DNA of 64,000 nt from a virus. Taxonomy: Duplodnaviria; Heunggongvirae; Uroviricota; Caudoviricetes. The stretch is from IMG/VR virus record IMGVR_UViG_2029527006_000005; one strand, written 5' to 3'. Of this stretch, positions 9,184 through 18,503 are shown one piece after another. A program made the translations under genes and the position numbers. The notes beneath the pieces are model-generated. The model saw only the letters and a list, made by a program, of their open reading frames with translations, was not told the DNA's origin and ran no database searches. How positions within the stretch are numbered: position 1 is the first letter of the stretch; each line of letters begins with the position of its first letter.

Positions 9184-10006
9184 TAGGTTTAGTCCAATAC
9201 CCTCGTGGGGGTTTTGATATATTATATTTTTTACAACGCTTTTCAATGGCTTTATCACTAACACCATACATCTTAGATAATGTTGATGCTGGATATTTCC
9301 ATATCATTTCTGAAAGTTCATCTTTTGAAATTTCAAATTTTTGTTGTGATTTTTTTGCACAAGTTTGAGAACAAAATTGTTGATCTCTGTGTTCGTGCAT
9401 ACGTTCAAATATAACACCACATGATTTACATGTCAAGCTGTGAATTTGAACTATTCTCTTTTCTTTGGGTGGTAATTTGGGTTTAACCAACTTACGTTCT
9501 TTCTTGACCGGAGTTATATTATTGTACAGTGATACAAAATTATCACCATATATACTTTTAACTTGGTCTAAAATTTCTATCATTTCGTATTTTGTCAGTA
9601 CTGTAATATATGGAAAATTATATTTTTTTATATAAGAAATTTCCGTTTCGTAACCTTTTATCTCAATTACGCTTTCATTATTAATGATGAAATCTGGAAT
9701 ATATTCATGTGACTCACCATCGATCGATGTATAAAACAATTTCTCTCGATCATATCGTTTCACTTCAATTTTATGATATTCACAATATAAAATATATGCA
9801 AGTTCCCATGAGCTATCACAAAAAATTCCTTTATACCACCCTTTCAAACCACGACCAGAACCTTTACGATAACCACCATGATTGGAAGACGATATATTTT
9901 TATTTGGATTTAATTTGCAAAATGCCTGGTGGGTTGCAATACCACGATCTTTAAATCCTTTATTACAATATTGACAATTTTTCATAAACATACCATTCGA
10001 ACTCAT
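9179..10006 (-). CDS. putative PD-(D/E)XK-type homing endonuclease with N-terminal zinc finger and C-terminal HTH
   Basis: CQYCNKGF...HQAFC; SSWELAYILYCEYHK...YIPDFII...VIEIKGY (D...ExK pattern); C-terminal ELSEMIWKYPASTLSKMYGVSDKAIEKRCKKYNISKPPRGYW is shared with the HNH gene at 25668..26186. Confidence 0.55.
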   Translation of the reverse strand: MSSNGMFMKNCQYCNKGFKDRGIATHQAFCKLNPNKNISSSNHGGYRKGSGRGLKGWYKGIFCDSSWELAYILYCEYHKIEVKRYDREKLFYTSIDGESHEYIPDFIINNESVIEIKGYETEISYIKKYNFPYITVLTKYEMIEILDQVKSIYGDNFVSLYNNITPVKKERKLVKPKLPPKEKRIVQIHSLTCKSCGVIFERMHEHRDQQFCSQTCAKKSQQKFEISKDELSEMIWKYPASTLSKMYGVSDKAIEKRCKKYNISKPPRGYWTKPR

Positions 10007-10224
10007 ATATGTTTATTTATCAAATCGTCTTGATTTTTAATTAAAAACTGGATTCATTTTGTTTGTACTATACAGGCCGCTACTGCTTATCTTTCACCTA
10101 TAAAGCCACCGTAATTTTCCGCACGTGTTCTGCGTTATATGCCCGAAGACATAACATACTTCATATAATTGTTTGAAGGTTTGCTGTATGAATCCGCTTG
10201 CTAGCGTTTTTTATCTTTCGATAA

Positions 10225-10262
10225 TTATATTATATCACTATTTTTCACTGTTTGTCCCAAGT
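10225..10262 (-). promoter_or_regulatory. conserved sigma70-like promoter (copy 2)
   Basis: attatatcac (10229-10238) ... tgtcccaag (10253-10261); 18-nt spacer. Confidence 0.55.
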
Positions 10263-10277
10263 AATTTTTAAATTTTC

Positions 10278-10556
10278 TTAGTTATTTTCGGAATCTTTTA
10301 ATAGTTCCTGATAGTGTGCGTATTCTTCTTCGTTTAGTTCAATACCTTGAGCAATACATTGTTCATAGTACTGAATATCATTACCTGTGCTATGTAGCTC
10401 ACCTACATACACAGTACTGGAACGAATAGGAATGGCATATGTACCATCAATTGATTCTAGTACTGTGTTAAGATCCCCGATTGCCGCACCTGTTTCTGTG
10501 CACTGTTCGATAAAATTATCGAGGTCTTTGAAATTGTCTTCGTTTAAATATTCCAT
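10278..10556 (-). CDS. hypothetical acidic protein (92 aa)
   Basis: ORF between two promoter copies. Confidence 0.5.
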   Translation of the reverse strand: MEYLNEDNFKDLDNFIEQCTETGAAIGDLNTVLESIDGTYAIPIRSSTVYVGELHSTGNDIQYYEQCIAQGIELNEEEYAHYQELLKDSENN

Positions 10557-10581
10557 TTTATTTTCTCCCTGTTGTTGACTC

Positions 10582-10618
10582 TATTATTATATCACAAAAT
10601 TATGCGTTTGTCCCAAGT
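10582..10618 (-). promoter_or_regulatory. conserved sigma70-like promoter (copy 3)
   Basis: attatatcaca (10586-10596) ... tgtcccaag (10609-10617); 17-nt spacer; overlaps the 3' end of the upstream gene. Confidence 0.6.
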
Positions 10619-11110
10619 TTTTTGCATGATTTTCTTATAATTATCATGTGCTTTCTGGACAATCAAATCAACATACTGTTTGTACTCGTCAAATATAATA
10701 ATCTCACCCATCAATTCAGCTTGGAAACGTTCTTCTTCAGTATCGTAGTAAGGTACAATCATATGTGAACCATCTAAATGGTTCTTGGGGCGTTCGGATG
10801 CTAGAAACAATGCTTCATTAGCGTTGTGGATTGTTGAATACGTTCTGTATGTACTTTCTAATGTCAAAAAATCATCCATTACATTAGGTACGTACATAAT
10901 GAGTTCCCCATTTTGAATTTCTACAACATTAAGAGGTGAACTTTTACCACCAGTACTATTACTATAATTGTAGTCCAATGTTTGGATACGATATAAAATC
11001 GTTGTTTTTCCAGTACGGTCAGTTTTAATTTCAGTTTGTACTGGCTCATCACTAAGAGCATACTTCTTTAAGATATACATGTACTCTTGATTAGTCATAT
11101 AGTACTCCAC
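10592..11110 (-). CDS. EEE-FFQ-ST family protein (divergent)
   Basis: C-terminal YYDTEEERFQAELMGEIIIFDEY. Confidence 0.5.
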   Translation of the reverse strand: MEYYMTNQEYMYILKKYALSDEPVQTEIKTDRTGKTTILYRIQTLDYNYSNSTGGKSSPLNVVEIQNGELIMYVPNVMDDFLTLESTYRTYSTIHNANEALFLASERPKNHLDGSHMIVPYYDTEEERFQAELMGEIIIFDEYKQYVDLIVQKAHDNYKKIMQKTWDKRIIL

Positions 11111-11114
11111 ATTT

Positions 11115-11143
11115 ACTTAAAAGTGTTGGGGCTTATGCCCCAA
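11115..11143 (-). terminator. rho-independent terminator
   Basis: hairpin TTGGGGC-TTAT-GCCCCAA (11126-11143) followed on the minus strand by CACTTTTAA; directly after the stop of 11147..11632. Confidence 0.5.
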
Positions 11144-11146
11144 CGT

Positions 11147-11632
11147 TTACCCTAGAATAACTTCTTCAGTCTTGCTGTCTTTAGTCTTCTTAGGTTGCTT
11201 TCCCTTACCATCAGTAAGTTCAAGTTGATAAATCTGTTTGATATTTTTAATACTTGGACGCTTATTGCGTAGGTCGTAAGTACCTTCCTTACCATTGATA
11301 CGGTAGATGTTACCGTAGGAATAGAACTTATTGGAAGTCCAGATTTCAATCTCTGGTTCATTACGCCAATGAATTGCGGATTCGTAAGAATCGTATTTCT
11401 CTTTAGGGTAGAAACGTAAAGTATGTTCTGTGCGTTGAACGTAGTACAGTTCAGCCTCTACTTTACCAAGCAAGATATCAATCTTGTCATTGGTTTCTTT
11501 TCCGTACTTGAGAGAACCCATTAGTACTTGCAAGCTAATGAAAGTGGTGCTTCCCATGCTAATAGTACTGAGTAGAAGCCCAATACCGAATAGGCCAACC
11601 AAACTGACACAACCAACAATGAATAACTCCAT
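11147..11632 (-). CDS. membrane-anchored protein (161 aa, N-terminal TM)
   Basis: hydrophobic N-terminus MELFIVGCVSLVGLFGIGLLLSTI. Confidence 0.55.
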   Translation of the reverse strand: MELFIVGCVSLVGLFGIGLLLSTISMGSTTFISLQVLMGSLKYGKETNDKIDILLGKVEAELYYVQRTEHTLRFYPKEKYDSYESAIHWRNEPEIEIWTSNKFYSYGNIYRINGKEGTYDLRNKRPSIKNIKQIYQLELTDGKGKQPKKTKDSKTEEVILG

Positions 11633-11633
11633 T

Positions 11634-11876
11634 TTAGGCTCCTACGATTTGCTGAATGTACTGTTCAGACATGGAAATGAATTTTACCTCTAGACCACGA
11701 ATTTCATAGTTAAGAGATGTGATAGTACTTGAGATTGAAGATAGTTCTTTACCTTCTTCTTTGGTACGTTCTTCTTTATCGTTTAGTACATGCCATGCTG
11801 ACCATTTCTCATCACGAACAACTTTTAGGTCTTGAATACGATGGTAAGTACTTCTTAATTCTTCAGTAGTAATCAT
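11634..11876 (-). CDS. hypothetical protein (80 aa)
   Basis: ORF track. Confidence 0.5.
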   Translation of the reverse strand: MITTEELRSTYHRIQDLKVVRDEKWSAWHVLNDKEERTKEEGKELSSISSTITSLNYEIRGLEVKFISMSEQYIQQIVGA

Positions 11877-11930
11877 GACATATCCTTCTATTTGAATTAA
11901 AATGCCACCACATTGTGGTGGCTTAACGTA

Positions 11931-12146
11931 TTACTTACGTTTGTTTTTGCGAGTTAGATCGTGTAGCTCGCTTTTGAGTTCATTCTTCCACTCTAGAAGA
12001 TGCACAAAAGTGATCTTCTTAACATCGGGACCAGAATGCTGATCAAGCATCGCTTCAACCTGAGAAAGTTGGAACTTGATGTAGTTCACAGTACGGTCTA
12101 GGTCAGAGATATCAGCTAGGCGGGTTTCGGTTTTAGTGTTAGACAT
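11931..12146 (-). CDS. hypothetical protein (71 aa)
   Basis: ORF track; downstream of promoter copy 4. Confidence 0.5.
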   Translation of the reverse strand: MSNTKTETRLADISDLDRTVNYIKFQLSQVEAMLDQHSGPDVKKITFVHLLEWKNELKSELHDLTRKNKRK

Positions 12147-12226
12147 ATTTGTAAAATCCTTATTTTACGTTTTTCAAAGTACTCTCAACATGAGAGCGGT
12201 AAGTTTACGCTTTACATCCGTCGATG

Positions 12227-12263
12227 ATTTATTATATCACATAATCAAGCGTTTGTCCCAAGA
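12227..12263 (-). promoter_or_regulatory. conserved sigma70-like promoter (copy 4)
   Basis: attatatcaca (12231-12241) ... tgtcccaag (12254-12262); 17-nt spacer. Confidence 0.6.
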
Positions 12264-12277
12264 TTCTGTGAAAAATT

Positions 12278-12362
12278 TGGGAGCGAAGGAAGGAGTCGAA
12301 CCTTCACGGTAGCTTTCCGACCTCAGTTATGCACATGCCTTGTCTACTGAATCGCCTGAGAA
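12278..12362 (-). ncRNA. tRNA-like element (T-arm, acceptor-like 3' end and CCA; non-canonical body)
   Basis: reverse complement ...GAAGG-TTCGACT-CCTTC-CTTCGCT-C-CCA; a 5-bp stem CTCAG/CTGAG encloses 30 nt; no canonical cloverleaf found. Confidence 0.3.
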
Positions 12363-12374
12363 CAACGCTCATTA

Positions 12375-12404
12375 TTACTTAAAATCGGGGGTTTGTCAAC
12401 CCCC
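12375..12404 (-). terminator. rho-independent terminator
   Basis: hairpin GGGGGTT-TGTC-AACCCCC (12387-12404) followed on the minus strand by GATTTTAAG; just after the stop of 12414..12935. Confidence 0.5.
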
Positions 12405-12413
12405 TTGAAACTA

Positions 12414-12935
12414 TTAGTCAGAACAGGTAACGATGATCTTGCCCTGTACTTTAGTAGTACCTAGTGGGAAGTCTTCTGCGTTTACGTTGATTTTAGGTTG
12501 CAAATCAATAGTACCGCTCTGGGTGGAAAGACGCTGTTCGTTACGAGCTACGTTCCACGCTTGTTCAGTAAAGCCAGCACCGTTCACACTACTGAATAGT
12601 GAAGAGGTACTTGTACTGGTGTTTAGTAGGTCATTACTGAAAGTAAAGCGGTTTGCGTTATCAGTAATCTTAGCTTCCGAAATCTTCCAAGAGATTTGGT
12701 TAGCGTTAGTTTTAAACGCAAAGCGTACTGCACCATCTTGAGAAGCTGATTCACCAGCAGCCAAGATGCGACCGATTTGGGTAGAACCATTTGCAAAGCC
12801 AATACCACAAGTTTTAACATTGTTGGTACGCTGGGCTTCCCATACTTGTTCGGAAGCCGAATAGTTAGGATTAGCAGACGCAGAAGATGATAATACTAAA
12901 GCAATAGCTGCACCGATGATAGCAATTTTTTTCAT
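12414..12935 (-). CDS. secreted protein (173 aa, cleavable signal peptide)
   Basis: MKKIAIIGAAIALVLSSSASA signal peptide; Ser/Thr/Asn-rich; Cys pair (KTCGIG ... VTCSD), fimbrial-subunit-like. Confidence 0.55.
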   Translation of the reverse strand: MKKIAIIGAAIALVLSSSASANPNYSASEQVWEAQRTNNVKTCGIGFANGSTQIGRILAAGESASQDGAVRFAFKTNANQISWKISEAKITDNANRFTFSNDLLNTSTSTSSLFSSVNGAGFTEQAWNVARNEQRLSTQSGTIDLQPKINVNAEDFPLGTTKVQGKIIVTCSD

Positions 12936-12936
12936 G

Positions 12937-13302
12937 TTATTTTCCTACAGTTAATGTACGTTGTTCCATAAGCTGGAGTCTCTTTTCCAACTCTTTGATT
13001 TTCATTTCTTTCTCTTTAACAACAAGGTCATACAAGCGGTTACAGTCTACTTTAGAACCACTATCCCCGATAGGAATAGAGATACCGACATAACCACCTT
13101 TATCACTTGTTTGGAAACCATAATCACTGGAGTCACTACCATATACCCCTGCGTTTACAGTTGTTTGAGCTTTTGATGTTTCACACATCATATCACCCGA
13201 TTGAATCCGGTCACGACTTTCAGCGGTATTGTTTGCAATGTAAGGCATATCTGCAAATGCTGAAGTACTGAACAGTAGTCCTGCAAAGATTATCTTTTTC
13301 AT
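12937..13302 (-). CDS. secreted protein (121 aa) with C-terminal coiled coil
   Basis: signal peptide MKKIIFAGLLFSTSAFA; KEKEMKIKELEKRLQLMEQ. Confidence 0.55.
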   Translation of the reverse strand: MKKIIFAGLLFSTSAFADMPYIANNTAESRDRIQSGDMMCETSKAQTTVNAGVYGSDSSDYGFQTSDKGGYVGISIPIGDSGSKVDCNRLYDLVVKEKEMKIKELEKRLQLMEQRTLTVGK

Positions 13303-13637
13303 TATAGCACCTTAATCACCAAACATACTTCTTGCTGGAACTGATTTGCTTGCCGCATACGCAGTGAGCAAATTGTAACTTTATCGTTCTCAATCAAACC
13401 GTTCGGTACGATGATTGGAAACTCTTCAACCGAACCCGGATACACCAACTGTTCATTACCCAATGGAATCCCATTTAAGGTAAACTTGTAGTATGCATCA
13501 TCAGGTGTGCGTAAATGCGTGATGATCATTGTGTCATTCACACCTTTACTTACAGTGTACTCTTCAGGCCAAAATTCATGTGCTTGTACTGAAGTACACA
13601 ACACACATCCCAGAACTACGCTTAAAAGTTTTTTCAT
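13302..13637 (-). CDS. secreted protein (111 aa)
   Basis: signal peptide MKKLLSVVLGCVLCTSVQA. Confidence 0.55.
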   Translation of the reverse strand: MKKLLSVVLGCVLCTSVQAHEFWPEEYTVSKGVNDTMIITHLRTPDDAYYKFTLNGIPLGNEQLVYPGSVEEFPIIVPNGLIENDKVTICSLRMRQANQFQQEVCLVIKVL

Positions 13638-13664
13638 TTTAAATCCTCATCGTTTTCTTGATGT

Positions 13665-13701
13665 GAATATTATAAGGGATTGGCGTTACCCTGTCAATCC
13701 C
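13665..13701 (-). promoter_or_regulatory. consensus sigma70 promoter TTGACA-N17-TATAAT with hairpin spacer
   Basis: minus strand TTGACAGGGTAACGCCAATCCCTTATAAT; tgtcaa at 13692-13697, attata at 13669-13674; spacer contains a GGG...CCC inverted repeat. Confidence 0.55.
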
Positions 13702-13714
13702 TATTTTTAAATAT

Positions 13715-13889
13715 TTTACGAATTCTGTTCTTTTTCTTTCCGTGCTGCCGATTTTACATTGTAGTCAGCTACATAATGACGCACGATTAGTACTGCAAGA
13801 ATACCCATCACTACCCAAATGATTAGTGCTTGTTGACCCATAATAGCTAGAATTGCCAGTACTGCTAGAGTTAGAATTGCTACAATCAT
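13715..13889 (-). CDS. small hydrophobic membrane protein (58 aa)
   Basis: MIVAILTLAVLAILAIMGQQALIIWVVMGILAVLIVRHY...; start preceded by AGAGGT; below the ORF-track cutoff. Confidence 0.4.
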
Positions 13890-13890
13890 A

Positions 13891-14121
13891 TTATACCTCT
13901 TTTTTGATAATGTTAATGATATCTACCTGCTCTAATCCAAAACGTTTTAGTGCAGCTTCTACATCGTACAAATTTACATACGGACTTAAGAATTCAACTT
14001 TCTCATGTGAGGTTGAGATAGATGATCCAGTACTGTCCATTAAGTGTTTAATGAACTGATGATAATTATCAATGTTTCCACTGTAATAATTGTCATTGAT
14101 TGCAAATAGTTTCACACACAA
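13891..14121 (-). CDS. hypothetical protein (76 aa)
   Basis: ORF track. Confidence 0.45.
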   Translation of the reverse strand: MCVKLFAINDNYYSGNIDNYHQFIKHLMDSTGSSISTSHEKVEFLSPYVNLYDVEAALKRFGLEQVDIINIIKKEV

Positions 14122-14405
14122 ATCCTCTTCGGTTTATGCTCGGTGTATCCATTTTGTTGTAGGACACGGCGAACTTGAACAATGTTAGAATCACGGATAC
14201 TCCAAGTTTCTTTGAAAGTTTCCGCTTCATTGTTTTCAATGATAACATTGTCAGTACTACTCGTTGTGCGAAAAGTATCTCTGATAATCTGCTGAACATC
14301 AGAAGGATCACGTGAGAACTCATTACCAACGAAGATGTGTTCTTGAACTACATCCTCATTGTTGAAGTATGATAACACAATAATCTTGGTCATGTCAATC
14401 CCCAT
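14112..14405 (-). CDS. hypothetical protein (about 98 aa)
   Basis: track ORF 14112..14459 trimmed to an internal Met to avoid a 65-nt overlap. Confidence 0.4.
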   Translation of the reverse strand: MGIDMTKIIVLSYFNNEDVVQEHIFVGNEFSRDPSDVQQIIRDTFRTTSSTDNVIIENNEAETFKETWSIRDSNIVQVRRVLQQNGYTEHKPKRICV

Positions 14406-15216
14406 ATTCATGTTTCGTAAGATTTGGCACTGGAAGGAACTCATCAACATCCATACCATCTTTGACGAGGATTGCTCCAGTGAATCTCATCATATCACGT
14501 AGACGACAATTGTCAACCACATTTTCTAACAAAGCCGTATATTTGTCGTAATCCTTCATAAAGAACTTGGTTCCCAAGAGTTCACGTCCACTACGTTTTA
14601 CGTACCCAACAACTTCACCATGATAACGGATAACACCAGTTACTGTACCATAGACGAAATAATCTTTAGATATATCTTCAAACACGTTGTCAATGCGTAG
14701 CACATTGGGGTCTAAAGAGTTCAAGTACTGAGATACTTTTTCTTCAGTTACGTAATCAAATTCTGGAATACCACCTAAGTACTCTATAATCTGTTCCACT
14801 AGTATTTCATTTTGACTCGTACTGAGTACTGGTGAATCATCTAGAATATCAAAAGACATAGGTTCTAACAATGCTTGTTTAACTTTAGATGCCTCGAACC
14901 AAACAGTACCGTTCATATGAACAGCCACTTCAGGCCAATCCATCTCAAAGGCAGCAGTATCATCAAATTCATATTCCCAGATATCCTGGGGTCTGGTAGC
15001 AGGAATGAATTTTGGTTCTTTATCACTTTTACCAAAAAAGATATATACCTGCTTATAGATACCCAAATCTGATTCTTCATCAGTTGGGCATTCATTAATA
15101 GGAAAAGCCATTACCCACTGTGCAGTATCCAACGCCTTATTAATCTGACGCTGAATATTGCGATCTGAATTGTTTAGCGATGTTTGGATACGGCGTAGTA
15201 TGGTATTCTCAATCAT
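14395..15216 (-). CDS. hypothetical protein (273 aa)
   Basis: ORF track. Confidence 0.55.
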   Translation of the reverse strand: MIENTILRRIQTSLNNSDRNIQRQINKALDTAQWVMAFPINECPTDEESDLGIYKQVYIFFGKSDKEPKFIPATRPQDIWEYEFDDTAAFEMDWPEVAVHMNGTVWFEASKVKQALLEPMSFDILDDSPVLSTSQNEILVEQIIEYLGGIPEFDYVTEEKVSQYLNSLDPNVLRIDNVFEDISKDYFVYGTVTGVIRYHGEVVGYVKRSGRELLGTKFFMKDYDKYTALLENVVDNCRLRDMMRFTGAILVKDGMDVDEFLPVPNLTKHEYGD

Positions 15217-15653
15217 TTTTTAAGCTCTCTGCGTGGTTCACGTTGTGCACGGTATTTCTCCGCAGCTTCTTTCATCAAAGCCTGACGATGCTCATGCAAT
15301 TGTTCGTGATAACGATTGTTCCAAATGAACTCATAAGCCCCAGCGTCATGCTGATAGAACTTCATTGGTGACGTAGGTAGGGCAGCAGGATCTAAACCAG
15401 CAGGGAAGAACTTATTGAAAAGATTCTTCATATCCTTATCCATTTCGTTACCAAGTAGTGAATTAGCATACATGTGTGTATGGTTCACAAAGATTGGTTG
15501 GTCGCGTTCGTGGAAGTCATCATGTCCAATTAGTGATAGCAACTGAGTACGCATCTCGTCTTCGGACTTCATATACGGAGAGTAAATGCCAGCAATTACA
15601 TGAGGACAACCCTGATCGTGAAATTCATAGAAAATAGATACACCCTTTTGCAT
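15213..15653 (-). CDS. hypothetical protein (146 aa)
   Basis: ORF track; 4-nt overlap. Confidence 0.55.
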   Translation of the reverse strand: MQKGVSIFYEFHDQGCPHVIAGIYSPYMKSEDEMRTQLLSLIGHDDFHERDQPIFVNHTHMYANSLLGNEMDKDMKNLFNKFFPAGLDPAALPTSPMKFYQHDAGAYEFIWNNRYHEQLHEHRQALMKEAAEKYRAQREPRRELKK

Positions 15654-15654
15654 A

Positions 15655-15882
15655 TTACTTCTCCAATAAGTTGAAAGTTTTATCCAGTACTACAAAGGTC
15701 AATCTTAGCATAGGAATTGCAATGATACAACCAACAATACGAGATGCCATATCTAGTTCTGGATAATTCATAAGTTGAATCAAAGCATTTGGTGAAATAC
15801 CTGCAATGACTGTTAATGTAATCATTATAATCGTAACAATAAGGTATGTCAAGCCTTTTAGGAATTTAATCAAGTTTAACAA
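15655..15882 (-). CDS. small two-TM membrane protein (75 aa)
   Basis: LTYLIVTIIMITLTVIAGI and IVGCIIAIPMLRLTFVVL hydrophobic segments. Confidence 0.5.
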   Translation of the reverse strand: MLNLIKFLKGLTYLIVTIIMITLTVIAGISPNALIQLMNYPELDMASRIVGCIIAIPMLRLTFVVLDKTFNLLEK

Positions 15883-16552
15883 TCCTCATATTACTTTCTA
15901 GATGGTCGTTGCGTTCCTTGTACGTATTGAAGTGATGTGAATACGAACGATTACCCCACTTGGAACGTTTTTCATCATCTTCAGATTCACAAGAACGGAC
16001 ATAATTAACAATCATGTCAATGACTTTCTGTGCCTCTTTTTCTGATTTGAAAATAGTTACAGTACTTCTTGATGGGCCAAAATCATAGGACGCACTATAG
16101 TACTTTTTGGTTTTAGCACTACGGTAATAAACAATACCGTCATCAGGATCACCGTACTCAATCGCATAGCCACTTTTCTTAATAGGCTTATCCATTTTCT
16201 CAGGGTTGACTGCAATCTTAAGTACTTCAATAACGTATAACTCTGCATCCGGGTAATTATCTAACCACTCGGACTTAAGAAGGCTTTTAGCTGCGTTTTC
16301 AGCAGTTTTCTTTTGTGCAAGCAATGCGATATTATCAATATCTTCGCTTACACTACCTCGCGTTGTATTAGTAACGTATTCTTTCGAACCATCACTATCA
16401 ATTAACATTAATCCCCACATGTTTTTATCCTCATTTGTATAAATTTTATAACCAGCATATGTACCATTAACAATAATAGTTAGTACTGCAAGTACTAAAA
16501 GAGCACTCACTGGAATGTACATATTTTCTTTTAAATATTTCCAAACTTTCAT
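15866..16552 (-). CDS. membrane-anchored protein (228 aa)
   Basis: N-terminal TM VSALLVLAVLTIIVNGTYAGY. Confidence 0.55.
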   Translation of the reverse strand: MKVWKYLKENMYIPVSALLVLAVLTIIVNGTYAGYKIYTNEDKNMWGLMLIDSDGSKEYVTNTTRGSVSEDIDNIALLAQKKTAENAAKSLLKSEWLDNYPDAELYVIEVLKIAVNPEKMDKPIKKSGYAIEYGDPDDGIVYYRSAKTKKYYSASYDFGPSRSTVTIFKSEKEAQKVIDMIVNYVRSCESEDDEKRSKWGNRSYSHHFNTYKERNDHLESNMRIVKLD

Positions 16553-16570
16553 GAGTGCTCCTATATCAAG

Positions 16571-16975
16571 TTATTTTAGTTTCCACTCTACTTTTTCGTC
16601 GTGGTAACCACCTTTGAACTGTTGCATTGGTTTTGGTGCTGCTGGGATGTGAATATCGTTATCGAAATAATACACATCAATGCGTTCAACCATGCGTGCA
16701 TGGTCGTAGTCGTATTGTACTGGACAACCACAAATACTACGTACAAAATCTTCAACACACGTATACGCATCATTTTCTACAATTGAATCCAACCAGTTGT
16801 CCCATTCTTCATCGGTACAGTCTTTGGCAATCATATCAATTTCAAGATGCTTCTGAATGAACTCAAAAGAGATAATATCAGCTTTATATGCAGTATGCAA
16901 GCGGGAAAGGATCTCTTCATGCTGGATTGGATCATTACCCATATCATCAGCCATGTGAGTAAACCAACGTGCCAC
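16571..16975 (-). CDS. hypothetical protein (134 aa; GTG start)
   Basis: ORF track. Confidence 0.5.
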   Translation of the reverse strand: MARWFTHMADDMGNDPIQHEEILSRLHTAYKADIISFEFIQKHLEIDMIAKDCTDEEWDNWLDSIVENDAYTCVEDFVRSICGCPVQYDYDHARMVERIDVYYFDNDIHIPAAPKPMQQFKGGYHDEKVEWKLK

Positions 16976-17120
16976 GTAAAGAAGTTGGGTCTACTTCATT
17001 TTTAGATTCAAGTCCTGTCCAGTGACAAGTATCGTAATCATCACCATCATTTTCCCAAGAAGTAATGCTTACTGCATAACCTTTAGGAATTGTTGTACCA
17101 CTGCGGAATAGGTCAGTCAT
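16947..17120 (-). CDS. hypothetical small protein (57 aa)
   Basis: ATG 17118-17120 overlaps the stop of the upstream gene (TAATG); MTDLFRSGTTIPKGYAVSITSWENDGDDYDTCHW... Confidence 0.3.
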   Translation of the reverse strand: MTDLFRSGTTIPKGYAVSITSWENDGDDYDTCHWTGLESKNEVDPTSLRGTLVYSHG

Positions 17121-17755
17121 TAGATAAAATCCTTAGTTAGTTTAGATACTTCATTGCTTAGATCTTGGTACTTAACCTTCCAAGCCTTGTAGTACTCATT
17201 TAGTTGTTGATCTTTCTTGTGCATAGCTTCTAAAGCTGCACATACTTCTTTCATGCAGTACTGCAATTTTGCAGCCACTTCTAATAAACGGAATGGTTTC
17301 ATGTCATCATAACCAATCAGTGTAAGCACCTCAAATTCGCGATAGGCGGCTCCCAATTCGTTTAAAAGATTTACCTCACCCTCCGGGAAAGAGAAGCGAT
17401 ACAAGTCCTCGCAGATGGCCTTACAGCGTTTTTCGGCCTTATCTACCTTTGGTCCAGTTTGTTGGAAGAAGATTTCAGAAGGTGGATACTTCTTCACGTT
17501 TTCAATCCATTCCTTCAGTACTGGTGACATTGGTGGTTCTGTACGCTGAACGGTAATCGTAGCGTGGAATTGCTGATAACGTTCAAAGTACCGGGTACGG
17601 GTACACACATTACCTTCAGGTGTTTTAACACGAGTGTCAGTACTGTTACGGAAGTCGAAAGAGGATGTAATGAATTCTTGATCACATCCTAACCAATTTG
17701 ATACTTCACCAACAATGCGGTTGATGTTCACTGCATTAAAATTCTGACGGATCAT
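17120..17755 (-). CDS. hypothetical protein (211 aa)
   Basis: ORF track. Confidence 0.55.
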   Translation of the reverse strand: MIRQNFNAVNINRIVGEVSNWLGCDQEFITSSFDFRNSTDTRVKTPEGNVCTRTRYFERYQQFHATITVQRTEPPMSPVLKEWIENVKKYPPSEIFFQQTGPKVDKAEKRCKAICEDLYRFSFPEGEVNLLNELGAAYREFEVLTLIGYDDMKPFRLLEVAAKLQYCMKEVCAALEAMHKKDQQLNEYYKAWKVKYQDLSNEVSKLTKDFI

Positions 17756-17763
17756 GATTGCTC

Positions 17764-18165
17764 CTAGTAGTCGATATCGGCGGCGTTGAATACACCTAGA
17801 GATGTTTTACCACGTAGTTTAGGGGAAATGACATATTTTGTCAAGGTTCTTTTTCCATACCAGCTTTCATATTCTTCAGGCGTTACGTATGGATTGACAA
17901 AATCATATTCACGCTTCTTGTGTAATTCCTTTGCCTGTACTTTGAGTTTCTCTAGTTCTTCGGGAGGTACATCAAAGGTTCGGTTCGTTTGACACCATTG
18001 GCCTCGGAGGGCGTTGAAAAGGAATTCTTCAGTTTCTTTCACTAGTGTAATTTTGAAAGTTTCTTTTTCTATGTTCATGTAATCATCTACATAACCATTC
18101 CAGATAACAATCTCTGGATTACCTTCAATCTCTTCTAGCATTTTAATTAGTTGATTCTTTCGCAT
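17764..18165 (-). CDS. hypothetical protein (133 aa)
   Basis: ORF track. Confidence 0.55.
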   Translation of the reverse strand: MRKNQLIKMLEEIEGNPEIVIWNGYVDDYMNIEKETFKITLVKETEEFLFNALRGQWCQTNRTFDVPPEELEKLKVQAKELHKKREYDFVNPYVTPEEYESWYGKRTLTKYVISPKLRGKTSLGVFNAADIDY

Positions 18166-18213
18166 TTTACTTTCCTATAGATAAAAGAAAAGGAAAGCAA
18201 TATGCTTTCCTTA

Positions 18214-18294
18214 GTAGTGAGCCATCGGTGAGTCGAACACCGTACCTTACCCTTATGAGGGGTCTGCTCTAACCGGAGCGTGAGCTAATGGCCC
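18214..18294 (-). tRNA. tRNA-Met-like (anticodon CAU; could also be Ile2 or fMet type)
   Basis: acceptor GGGCCAT/ATGGCTC, anticodon stem ACCC/GGGT with loop CTCATAA, T-arm CGGTG-TTCGACT-CACCG; CCA not encoded. Confidence 0.6.
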
Positions 18295-18302
18295 TAATTG
18301 TT

Positions 18303-18503
18303 TTATGCTAGCTGAATATTAAAAATATACAGTTCGTGACCTTTGAAGTACTTCGAACCTAGTTCAGCAGCTACTTGGTATTTATTCAGACCCGAAACAC
18401 GTTCTTCACGCATCTCACCATCAACACTGTATTGCACATTAAAGTAAAGTGCTGGCATTATTAACGCTCCTGAAATAAACGGCCTTTTGTATAAGTATCC
18501 CAT
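18303..18503 (-). CDS. hypothetical protein (66 aa)
   Basis: ORF track. Confidence 0.4.
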   Translation of the reverse strand: MGYLYKRPFISGALIMPALYFNVQYSVDGEMREERVSGLNKYQVAAELGSKYFKGHELYIFNIQLA

